Below, piece by piece: positions 1 through 8,167 of a stretch of DNA of 17,557 nucleotides. A program made the position numbers and the translations under genes. A model generated the notes under the pieces. It was not told the DNA's origin, searched no databases, and saw only the letters and a program-made list of their open reading frames with translations. Numbering within the stretch: position 1 is the first letter of the stretch; each line of letters opens with the position of its first letter. Origin of the DNA: Promethearchaeota archaeon. GTDB lineage: Archaea > Asgardarchaeota > Lokiarchaeia > Sigyniarchaeales > SOKP01. The stretch spans positions 1-17,557 of the forward strand of contig JBHLNF010000025.1 of the NCBI GenBank assembly GCA_048937405.1, in the 5' to 3' direction.

Positions 1-228
1 ATTTTCAGAAAATATCTTAAAGAATCGAAATATGGAGCCATTTGGCGGAGGTTCAAGTCTTACTTTTCGCTTAGCAGCATCATTTTTATGCTTATTATCT
101 GCAGGTGAACTATCTGTGACCCACATCTCAAATAAGCTTCTTAATTTGATAGGGGGCCCGTCATAAGCTACAATTGATTTACCCTCGTCATTATGACCCG
201 TTATTACTCTTCTCAACTTATCTTCCAT
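1..228 (-). CDS. Cupin-domain protein, N-terminal part (runs off the left window edge)
   Basis: Not in the ORF track. Hand translation from ATG at 228: MEDKLRRVITGHNDEGKSIVAYDGPPIKLRSLFEMWVTDSSPADNKHKNDAAKRKVRLEPPPNGSIFRFFKIFSEN, open to position 1. RRV(V/I)TGH-x2-GK-x-(I/V)V...DG and PP-x-GS-x-FR are typical of a widespread cupin-domain family. A GGAGG RBS lies on the minus strand at 240-244. Confidence 0.75.
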   Translation of the reverse strand, partial: MEDKLRRVITGHNDEGKSIVAYDGPPIKLRSLFEMWVTDSSPADNKHKNDAAKRKVRLEPPPNGSIFRFFKIFSEN

Positions 229-469
229 AAAAGAAAAAACCTCCATTTACTGTTAAAAAGTATATACATTCATTTAAAACCATTTCTTTTCAATGACCTA
301 ATTATACACTATCTCTCAATATTAAAAGAAGAAATTCAGGTATTCAAAAATGTATTACCTTATTTGTAAAATTAGGCTACTTTTTAAAAAAAAAGATACT
401 TAAACATAATAATACTGTTGAAGAAAAACCAATATAACCTAATTAATACTAAGATTAAGTGTTTTAACT

Positions 470-592
470 ATGAATGAAAATTTAGAAAAGAAGGAAAAAA
501 AAGTATCATTAAAAGATTTCTCAACTTTCATTATAATGATCTCTACTTTTTATACAATCTCATTTTGTATAAATTTGTTCTATATTTCTTAA
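470..592 (+). CDS. Possible 40-aa membrane peptide or remnant of a degraded membrane-protein gene
   Basis: MNENLEKKEKKVSLKDFSTFIIMISTFYTISFCINLFYIS*: charged N-terminus, then a hydrophobic stretch. Hydrophobic coding-like sequence continues in other frames to about 713. No clear RBS. Confidence 0.2.
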   Translation: MNENLEKKEKKVSLKDFSTFIIMISTFYTISFCINLFYIS

Positions 593-887
593 TCTTTTTA
601 ATTGTTCAACACTTACGGGTATCTCTTTATTTGGATTATCATTTTTAATTTGTCTTAATAAGTTTCGACAAAATTCTAAAAGAAAATTAATATCATCTGG
701 TATTCGAATGTAATTATTCTCCAAATTACTCATCCTTCAATTTTGAATTTTACCTAAATTCTGTATATTGAAGTATATACAGTTGTATATTATTTGTATA
801 ATTGCATATTTAAATTTTTTGGTTCTAAGATTATTAATATGTTTATCCCCATATATTTATATATGATAATATACAAATAATATACAA
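549..887. promoter_or_regulatory. Array of TTGTATA/TATACAA boxes (candidate operator) between the divergent cupin and wHTH-Roadblock genes
   Basis: Exact boxes start at 551, 565, 783, 794, 870 and 881, with variants CTGTATA at 761 and TATACAG at 776. They form perfect inverted repeats 549-557/565-573 (9 bp), 761-768/775-782 (8 bp) and 783-800/870-887 (18 bp). Each 18-bp arm holds two boxes 11 bp apart. Confidence 0.55.
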
Positions 888-1017
888 GTAAAATAATATA
901 TAAGAATATATCACAATTATTAAGAAGAAATTATAAACACATACTAATCATAAGAGACTGATATTTACAATTGTCATTTAATAACCAAGAGGTCACAGTT
1001 AGGAGAAGTAAATTAAA

Positions 1018-1023
1018 AGGTGA
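1018..1023 (+). promoter_or_regulatory. Shine-Dalgarno AGGTGA for the extended wHTH-Roadblock ORF
   Basis: AGGTGA lies 6 nt before in-frame ATA at 1030. The same AATTAAA(A)GGTGA context precedes the GTG start at 16880 with 7-nt spacing. Confidence 0.6.
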
Positions 1024-1029
1024 GAAATA

Positions 1030-1854
1030 ATAACTGAATATGAACTCAGCAATAAAGATCGTATTTTAAATCTTCTTAAGTCTCAATCATTAACAAGTAT
1101 TGAGATATCAAAACAGCTCAGTTTAACTAAACAAGATACACGTACTTATCTTCTACGCCTAAAAAAACAAAATAAGATTCAAACTCTCGGAAAGAGAGGA
1201 AGGCAATATATCTACACCTATAAAGCTCCTGTAGACTCTGAAAAACCTCAGATTGATACCAATATACTAGTAGAAGTATTAAAAGATTATCTTGAGTCTG
1301 AACCAAGCTTTAAAAAAGAGGTCAAAAAGAAAATTGCTGAACTTGAAGCGAAACTTAATAGCCTAGCCTCCAAAACAAACGAAACTTATGATGAACTTGA
1401 AGAAGAACTTGAAATGTTACAACACATAGAACCACCTGGCAAACAAAAAGCAAAATTCCCTGAATTCTTAACTAGACAAGCATTTGAATCCCATGTTTTA
1501 GAAAATCTTGACAATATCTTAGAAAAATTAATAGATTCCATTCCAGAAGTAAATGCAGCAACCCTCGTTTCAACTGAAGGAGAAATATTAGCTTCAGTTA
1601 TGCCTAAGGATGTTGAGGAAACCACTATAGCTGTAATGATTGCAGCACTTCTTTCATTGGCCGAAAGCGCCATAACTTTAATTAATAGGGGGGAAATTCA
1701 GCAATTATATATTAAGGGAATAGATGGATACCTTCTCGTTTTACGAGCAGGTCCCAATGCTGTATTATCGCTCTCTGCCTCGAAAGATGTAAGACTTGGA
1801 GAGATTTTTCTCTATTGCATACGAACCTGTGAGAAAATCGCAAAATTAATTTAA
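1030..1854 (+). CDS. Winged helix-turn-helix + coiled-coil + Roadblock/LC7 (MglB-like) fusion protein, about 274 aa
   Basis: The frame of the tracked ORF 1414-1854 is open back to TGA at 1021-1023. The extension reads ITEYELSNKDRILNLLKSQSLTSIEISKQLSLTKQDTRTYLLRLKKQNKIQTLGKRGRQYIYTY (wHTH pattern), then ...EVKKKIAELEAKLNSLASKTNETYDELEEELEM (heptad coiled coil). The C-terminal ~120 aa are Roadblock/LC7 (LVSTEG..., IAVMIAALLSLAE, QLYIKGIDGYLLV, KDVRLG). Confidence 0.85.
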   Translation: MTEYELSNKDRILNLLKSQSLTSIEISKQLSLTKQDTRTYLLRLKKQNKIQTLGKRGRQYIYTYKAPVDSEKPQIDTNILVEVLKDYLESEPSFKKEVKKKIAELEAKLNSLASKTNETYDELEEELEMLQHIEPPGKQKAKFPEFLTRQAFESHVLENLDNILEKLIDSIPEVNAATLVSTEGEILASVMPKDVEETTIAVMIAALLSLAESAITLINRGEIQQLYIKGIDGYLLVLRAGPNAVLSLSASKDVRLGEIFLYCIRTCEKIAKLI

Positions 1855-1950
1855 AGATTTTTGAAACAAGTTTAGCTTTTCGTCAAATTATAAAATGAAT
1901 TTTGAGGGTAACCTACGTATAGTTTTTAAAAAACAAATTTAATGTTAAAT

Positions 1951-1995
1951 TAATCATCATCTAAGAAATCGAGGTCCACCACTCGCTTCTTTTTC
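1951..1995. repeat. Copy 1 of a direct repeat: orphan 3' end of the 2869-3303 gene
   Basis: 1959-1995 matches 2881-2917 at 36/37 nt, plus a shared TAATCATC. The minus strand reads KKKRVVDLDFLDDD* versus KKKQVVDLDFLDNDD*. An in-frame TAG lies just upstream and there is no plausible start with an RBS. Confidence 0.9.
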
Positions 1996-2028
1996 TGTTG
2001 ACTTCTTCTAAAGATGATCTATCTTTCT

Positions 2029-2430
2029 CTATTTCTCATTTCTTAAGATTTGTGCTATCTTATATAACACATTCTTGCAATCAAAGAAAACTACCCCCAT
2101 TTTCGCTTTTTTTGTAGTTGAAACTGTCAATACTGCTTCCTCTGCGTCTAAAATCAATATATAACCATCAATTCCTTTAATATACATCTGGTTAAATACC
2201 CCTAATTCCATATCTACAATAGTTCTTTCGGAGATAGAGAGTAATGTAGCAGTCATCGCAGCAATTCTTGGTAAATTATATCCTCGGGGTAATATGGAAA
2301 AAATTGGAAAACCTTCTATTGAAGTAATTATTGCAAATTTAATATCTCTATTATTATGTAATAAATCCTTCAACACAGCTTCTAGTTTCGCTGTTCTATT
2401 ATTTTCTATAATATTTTTTTCTATAATCAT
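2029..2430 (-). CDS. Roadblock/LC7 (MglB-like) domain protein, stand-alone, 133 aa
   Basis: AIITSIEGFPIFS, RIAAMTATLLSISER, QMYIKGIDGYILI and LTVSTTKKAKMG match the archaeal Roadblock pattern. It is clearly paralogous to the C-terminal domain of 1030-1854. Confidence 0.9.
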   Translation of the reverse strand: MIIEKNIIENNRTAKLEAVLKDLLHNNRDIKFAIITSIEGFPIFSILPRGYNLPRIAAMTATLLSISERTIVDMELGVFNQMYIKGIDGYILILDAEEAVLTVSTTKKAKMGVVFFDCKNVLYKIAQILRNEK

Positions 2431-2832
2431 AATCTTAGTAATTTTTTATTCTATTGAAATCTAAAAAGATCTAAATAAACTCAATTTCATCTTAGAACCT
2501 TTTATCATATTTATCTTTTATATCTTTCTTAATTTGGTTAATTACTTACTAATAATTTGTAAAACTCTTCAAAGAAAAATTGAGAAACATTGGAAGAAGA
2601 AGTTAATAGAATTGCTACTGTAATTGCTCAAATACCCCCTGATGGATTTCTACATAATAAAATTTGTATGAATACCAACTTGAAAATGAGAAGTCTTGAT
2701 GCATTATTCCAATATTACGGCCAATGAATCGCTTAAGTCGATTTGTATTTAGAAAATAACAACGATTTATTCTAATTTCTTAATATTTCTGCAAATAGTA
2801 ATTGGTTTAATTAAGGTATAGTGTATAATATT

Positions 2833-2852
2833 TAATTTTTTTAAAAAAATTA
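2833..2852. terminator. Palindromic T7/A7 tract (TAATTTTTTTAAAAAAATTA), candidate oligo-T terminator
   Basis: Perfect 20-bp palindrome about 17 nt downstream of the 2869 stop codon. A similar TTTTTAAAAAA lies at 1923-1933, after repeat copy 1 and between the convergent Roadblock genes. Confidence 0.35.
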
Positions 2853-2868
2853 GTAATTATATTGACGT

Positions 2869-3303
2869 CTAATCATCATTATCTAAGAAATCGAGGTCCA
2901 CCACTTGCTTCTTTTTCGGTGATACTTTTTTTAATGTCGAACCATGTTTCCCTAAATCGTTAATATTATCAAATCTAATATCAGGAAACATCTGATTCAT
3001 GAAATCTATCTCATCTTGAGAACCTTCCTTAAATAAATCTTCGAATTCTTTCAGCTGACCACCAAAATCTCCAAGCTTTTTTGAGGTAACTTTCCCAACA
3101 ACTTTACCAAATCTATCCGAAATTTTATTCATGAATTTTGAACTGCGAATACCTTTTGACTTCTGTCGCTCGCGTAATTCCTTTTGGATATATACACTCC
3201 ACTGATCTCGTGGAACTCCCATGAATCTGAGCTCATCCTTCATTTTCCGGATTAATTCTTTTTCTTCTTTTGAAAACGAGTGTTTCGGCTTTTTTCTACT
3301 CAT
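2869..3303 (-). CDS. Hypothetical protein, 144 aa, with basic N-terminus and acidic/hydrophobic C-terminal tail
   Basis: ATG start, helical charged composition, ends KKKQVVDLDFLDNDD. No family recognised. Confidence 0.75.
   Translation of the reverse strand: MSRKKPKHSFSKEEKELIRKMKDELRFMGVPRDQWSVYIQKELRERQKSKGIRSSKFMNKISDRFGKVVGKVTSKKLGDFGGQLKEFEDLFKEGSQDEIDFMNQMFPDIRFDNINDLGKHGSTLKKVSPKKKQVVDLDFLDNDD
2870..2917. repeat. Copy 2 of the direct repeat (genuine 3' end of 2869-3303)
   Basis: Differs from 1951-1995 by one substitution (2906 T vs 1984 C) and a 3-nt indel. Confidence 0.9.
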
Positions 3304-3503
3304 AACAATATAGATAACGATTTTAAAGTTATAAAAGCTCGTAAAATCTAATTAACATGGTTCTTAAATCTTTACTATTTCCAATTGAATAAATTTCTAA
3401 TTTAAATTACAGGCTAATTAGTAAATAAAAAAGAAGAAATTCTTTTATACAAGAGTGTAATTACTTATTTGTAATAATTCAAGCTAAAGCTTTTTTGATA
3501 AAG

Positions 3504-4445
3504 ATGAGAGAATTAAATAATGAGGAAGAACAATGGTTAAAATTGTTTGCACAGGATAATGAATTCTTCCATTCTCTTTTAGAATTTTATGAAAGAAATA
3601 ATTATTTATCTGATAAACAATATTCTTGCTTAGCTCGAGATATTTATAAGGCTCAAGAAGATGGTGATACAATATTAGATAAAGAAGAATTAAGATTTCT
3701 TAAGGAAAATGCTGATAACGATGAAGAATTGATGGAACTGTTGGAAATTTATGAAGATAATGGTTTTTTAGATGAATATGAGTATAGGTAATTTTTACAT
3801 TTAAAACATAAATCTAATAATAAAGAAAAATGGACAGAAGATTCTCGTATTCAAAAATCTGTTGAACTAAAAAATATTAAAATTAATCATAAAGGAGATC
3901 CTAAGAAAACTATAGTTAGAATTCCTTGTCCTCACTGTAATTCCCTTTGTTCCCCTCAAGTTAGATTCTGTGTAAAATGCGGAGAACCTTTACCTAAAGT
4001 TGAAACATATGAACAATCTAAAGATAAAGCATTAGTTAATAGTTTGAATTCTCAGAAACCTATTGAAAGTTTGAAATTTAAAAGAGTAAAGGATTTTTTA
4101 AATGAGTATTTTTTATCTAAAGACTTTAATTATGATGAAATAATTTATGTTTTAAAACTAGAAAATAATAAATGGTGGATTGGAAAATCAAAATACTTTT
4201 TAAAACAAATTGAAAGTATTAAAAAAGGTAAAACAAATAAGTGGATACGGGAAAATCCGGTTGTTTCCGTTAAAGAATTAATCGAGGATGGAGATATTGT
4301 GAGAATAACATTGGATTATATGGAAGAATATGGATGGGAAAATGTTCAAGGAAGTTGTTGGTATGATGGACAACTTGATAAATACATTCCTAATAAGATA
4401 AAACGATATATTTCAGAACAAAAGAATCTAATTATAAAAGACTAA
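3504..4445 (+). pseudogene. Helical-repeat + zinc-ribbon + degenerate GIY-YIG-like protein interrupted by one in-frame TAA (3789-3791)
   Basis: Tracked ORFs 3495-3791 and 4044-4445 share a frame. The gap 3792-4043 is stop-free and encodes CPHC-x10-CVKC (3927-3980). The C-terminal part has IYVLKLENNKWWIGKS...ITLDYMEEYGWENVQG, resembling the YVLxLxxxKYYVG...YGxxNVRG GIY-YIG subfamily. Confidence 0.75.
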
Positions 4446-4466
4446 CTTAAATCATCAAGATTTTTA

Positions 4467-5024
4467 TTAAGTTTTTCTCATGTATTTAATATATGTTTCA
4501 AATAATTTGTATAATTTATTAAAGAATGGCTTTGCTTCTTCTGCTTTTTTTCGATCCACTTTAAAATGTTCATGAACGATTTGATTCCTTATTATCCTCC
4601 ATTCATTTAATTCTCCTAATATTCCCGAATAAATATTCAAATTATCTTCTATCTCTTTTATAATTTCACTGAGATTTATCTGATCATTAACTTTTATTTC
4701 TTTATTTAATATTTCTTGATAAAAAGATTTATAGAAAATTTCAGCTCCTTTATATTTGAGCATTATATAATCACTGTACCGTCTGTCATCAAAAGCCCTC
4801 TGGGCATCCCTATTAATTTCATAGATATTAGCCATAAATGGAGGCAAATTTTGAGTTCCTATCTTAACACCATCAATTATTTTAGCGAGTATATCTGAAA
4901 CGCCTTGTACTATCTCTGTAGGATTTATTTTTGTGCCATCTTTATCCAAAAGCGGTATGACTTTCGAAATATTTCGAAAAAATCCAAAAACCTTATTGAG
5001 TAGTTCTTCTTCTTTTGAGTTCAT
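4467..5024 (-). CDS. HEPN-domain protein (DUF4145/Abi-like, predicted RNase), 185 aa
   Basis: All-alpha C-terminal domain with AQRAF...Y...AEIFYK (E-x3-K) and the R-x4-H motif RNQIVH (nt 4572-4589), followed by the typical terminal helix (KKAEEAKPFFNKLY). Confidence 0.75.
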   Translation of the reverse strand: MNSKEEELLNKVFGFFRNISKVIPLLDKDGTKINPTEIVQGVSDILAKIIDGVKIGTQNLPPFMANIYEINRDAQRAFDDRRYSDYIMLKYKGAEIFYKSFYQEILNKEIKVNDQINLSEIIKEIEDNLNIYSGILGELNEWRIIRNQIVHEHFKVDRKKAEEAKPFFNKLYKLFETYIKYMRKT

Positions 5025-5033
5025 TTTATGAAT

Positions 5034-5975
5034 TTAATCCTTTTTTATGTTTAGATTCTTTAGAATTGAATCAGAAATTCTAGATTTAAGGTTGCTTATC
5101 TTTATTTCATTAAAAAATCGCATTAAAAATAACCAAATTTCACGTCTAACATAACTTGGATCGAGAAAGTTAATCTCTTTAGGGATTTTAATTTCACTTA
5201 GATTTAAAGGTGTTAAGTGTTGAATAATAATGTATTCTAAAAACTCTACCATCCCATCATAGCAATTCAAAACTTCATCTTGATTTAGTTCATAACCATC
5301 ATGTACAGCCTTGTTTCTAAGATGATTCATGTTGATTAACTTTTCTTTAAGTTCATTTGGAAGATTCAATTCTTTAATTTTCTCTGGCATTTCTTTTTTA
5401 TTATTTTCATTTTTTTTTCGGATTTTATAATAACCATCTAAACTAGATATTAATCTAACAAAAAATTTAAAGGATTCAATCTTTTCTGCTTTCCAATCAT
5501 TTAGATCTTGACTCCAGGCATTTAAATTGATCTCATCTAAAGCGTTAATAATTTTATTTTTTATTTTATTAGTAAACCCAAGAAAATGCTCAGTATAGTC
5601 CTTATAAGGCTTAGGATAATTCTTGATGAAATATTTAAACTTTTTATTATATTCTGATAATCCGATATCATCTTCTGATATTCTCTTGATTGCTTCTTCA
5701 GCTATAAATCTACTAATATAGCTGCATTCTGGACATGTAATAATCCAATTCGTTAAGACTATATTATTTGGTTTGATGATAAATTGATCAATACCTTTAA
5801 ATACATTATTAGGGCTTCTAATCATTAGTTCTCCATTTTTTTCAACAATATGGCTTGATCTTGGGTATTTATGGATATTAATTACTTTTTCTTGGTTAAT
5901 TGATTCAGGAATAAACTGATTTTGGCAATTTGGGCATTTAAATTTATCATTTAAGGGTGATTTTTCTTTATTCAA
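5034..5975 (-). CDS. Zinc-binding (CPNC...CPEC) + HEPN-domain protein, 313 aa
   Basis: Two CxxC pairs in the N-terminal region and the R-x4-H motif RNKAVH (nt 5301-5318) in a LINMNHLRNKAVHDG context. TTG start. The 9-nt gap to the next HEPN gene suggests an operon. Confidence 0.75.
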   Translation of the reverse strand: MNKEKSPLNDKFKCPNCQNQFIPESINQEKVINIHKYPRSSHIVEKNGELMIRSPNNVFKGIDQFIIKPNNIVLTNWIITCPECSYISRFIAEEAIKRISEDDIGLSEYNKKFKYFIKNYPKPYKDYTEHFLGFTNKIKNKIINALDEINLNAWSQDLNDWKAEKIESFKFFVRLISSLDGYYKIRKKNENNKKEMPEKIKELNLPNELKEKLINMNHLRNKAVHDGYELNQDEVLNCYDGMVEFLEYIIIQHLTPLNLSEIKIPKEINFLDPSYVRREIWLFLMRFFNEIKISNLKSRISDSILKNLNIKKD

Positions 5976-6505
5976 ATTGATTCACTTTATAAACTTGTTA
6001 ATTTATATACATTTTTGGATATTCAACGTTTTCAAACAATTTTCTTAATCTCTCTATATTTTGAAATATTTCCTTTCTAGTAACTTATTTGATTCAAAAA
6101 TCTTAAAAATATTATTCTAATAATTTCCATTATAATTTAGCGCTATAACTCTTAGAATTCTTTTAAAGATATTCAATACTTCTTTTTAATTGGTTATTAA
6201 GGGTCTAGACTAAAATCTTGAATATTAGCTTTAAATAGCCAATTGTGTAATACATACCCAAAAGTAATATAAATTCACTTATAAAAATATATTTTCTTGT
6301 CTAACATTATTATATAGGGTATGCAGGGTAAATATACGTGAAATAACCCTTTCATTACAAAAAAAGTATAAATCTTATACTAAAATTGGAAAATATTTTT
6401 TCTTTAATTATCTAATTATTATTAATTCACTAAGAATATCTAATAAAAACATGGAAAATTGAATATAAATATAATATCTACCATTATTTTATATGAGACA
6501 ATATC

Positions 6506-8122
6506 ATGAATCAAAAAGACCTTAACGAATGGACAAAAGATAAACCAAAAAAGACTGTAAAAATGGAAAAGACAAATACAGGTAAAACTAAAAATAAAAA
6601 AAATAATTCCAAGGGACCTATTGGTTTTGAGGATAAATTATGGGAAGCTGCAGATAAAATGCGGAACAATATGGACCCGGCTGAATATAAACATGTTGTC
6701 TTAGGTCTAATTTTTTTGAAATACATATCAGATGCTTTTGAGGAAAAATATAATCAACTTAAAAGTGAAAAATATGCTGATCCGGAAGATCCTGATGAAT
6801 ATTTAGCTGAAAATATTTTTTGGGTTCCTAAGGATGCGCGATGGTCATTAATCAAAGATAATTCTAAAAATTCAAGAATAGGAATAATGATAGATGATGC
6901 GATGGATGCGATTGAAAAATCCAATAATTCTCTTAAAGGTGTTTTACCAAAAATTTATGGGAGTCCTGATTTAAATAAAATTATGCTTGGAGGACTTATT
7001 GATCTTATTAGTGATATTGGTCTAGGAGATCGTGAAAGTCAGTCAAAAGATATACTCGGGAAAGTATATGAATATTTCTTAGGGAAATTTGCTATGGCGG
7101 AAGGAAAAGGAGGTGGGCAATTTTTTACTCCTACTTGTATTGTTAGACTTTTGGTTGAGATGATTCAACCATATAAAGGTCGTGTATATGACCCTTGTTG
7201 CGGTTCAGGAGGTATGTTTGTCCAAAGTGAAAGATTTGTTGAAACTCACGGTGGTAAATTAGGAGAAATATCTATTTATGGTCAAGAATCTAATCCAACA
7301 ACATGGAAATTAGCAAAGATGAACTTAGCTATTCGTGGTATTGAAGCGAATCTGGGACCAAAACATGCTGATTCTTTTCATAATGATATGCATCCTTCAT
7401 TGAAAGCGGATTTTATTTTGGCTAATCCCCCTTTTAATGTAAGTGATTGGGGTGGTGAAAGACTTAAGGATGATATAAGATGGAAATACGGTATTCCTCC
7501 TAAGGGAAATGCTAATTATGCCTGGATTCAACATTTTATTCATCATCTAGCCCCGAATGGGATTGCTGGTTTTGTATTAGCAAATGGGAGTTTAACCTCG
7601 GAAACTTCAAATGAGTACACAATTAGGAAAGAAATTGTGGAATCAGATTTAGTCGATTGCATCATTAGTTTACCAGGACAACTCTTTTTGACCACTCAAA
7701 TTTCTGCAAGCTTATGGTTTATTTCTCGTTCGAAGTCGAAAGGTAAATTTAGAGATCATCAGAATGAAACATTATTTATTAATGCTCATTCATTTGGACA
7801 AATGATCGATCGTAAAACAAAGGAATTTTCAGAGCAAGATATTAGAAAAATCTCGGAAACTTATCAAGAATGGCGGAAGCTTAATAGTAACTATAAGGAT
7901 GAATCAGGATTTAGTAAATCTAGTACGTTAGATGAAATTAGAAATAATGATTATATTTTAACCCCTGCAAGATATGTTGGAATAAAAGAAGTAGAATATG
8001 ATGATTTTTTCGAAGAAAAATTACATAAACTCATAACTGTTTTAATTGCTCAAATGGAAGAAAGCAAGGAAATTAGTAGAGAAATAAAAAAAAATTTTGA
8101 GATTATAGGATTTAAAATGTGA
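6506..8122 (+). CDS. hsdM: Type I restriction-modification system M subunit (N6-adenine methyltransferase)
   Basis: HsdM N-terminal LWEAADKMR...EYKHVVLGLIFLKYISD, GQFFTP, SAM-binding motif I YDPCCGSGG, catalytic NPPF, C-terminal LTPARYVG. Confidence 0.97.
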   Translation: MNQKDLNEWTKDKPKKTVKMEKTNTGKTKNKKNNSKGPIGFEDKLWEAADKMRNNMDPAEYKHVVLGLIFLKYISDAFEEKYNQLKSEKYADPEDPDEYLAENIFWVPKDARWSLIKDNSKNSRIGIMIDDAMDAIEKSNNSLKGVLPKIYGSPDLNKIMLGGLIDLISDIGLGDRESQSKDILGKVYEYFLGKFAMAEGKGGGQFFTPTCIVRLLVEMIQPYKGRVYDPCCGSGGMFVQSERFVETHGGKLGEISIYGQESNPTTWKLAKMNLAIRGIEANLGPKHADSFHNDMHPSLKADFILANPPFNVSDWGGERLKDDIRWKYGIPPKGNANYAWIQHFIHHLAPNGIAGFVLANGSLTSETSNEYTIRKEIVESDLVDCIISLPGQLFLTTQISASLWFISRSKSKGKFRDHQNETLFINAHSFGQMIDRKTKEFSEQDIRKISETYQEWRKLNSNYKDESGFSKSSTLDEIRNNDYILTPARYVGIKEVEYDDFFEEKLHKLITVLIAQMEESKEISREIKKNFEIIGFKM

Positions 8123-8167
8123 ATAGGGATTAAAATTCCATAATTAAACCAAATAGAGATTTACTAA

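Noticed and set aside
1386-1673. 95-aa minus-strand ORF
   Set aside because: Antisense shadow of the wHTH-Roadblock gene. The poly-Ser comes from GAA codons on the other strand.
2590-2727. 45-codon TTG-start plus-strand ORF (LEEEVNRIATVIAQIPPDGFLH...)
   Set aside because: Possibly a gene remnant, but short, with no clear RBS and no recognisable family.
3484-3672. 62-aa minus-strand ORF
   Set aside because: Antisense to the 3504-4445 gene, with no motifs.
3789-3791. Selenocysteine or pyrrolysine recoding of the internal stop
   Set aside because: The codon is TAA, not TGA or TAG, and TAA terminates many genes in this window.
4716-4898. 60-aa plus-strand ORF
   Set aside because: Antisense shadow inside the HEPN gene.
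5995-6200. Protein-like fragments on the minus strand upstream of the HEPN operon
   Set aside because: Multiple stops and frame changes. Cannot be distinguished from AT-rich noise.
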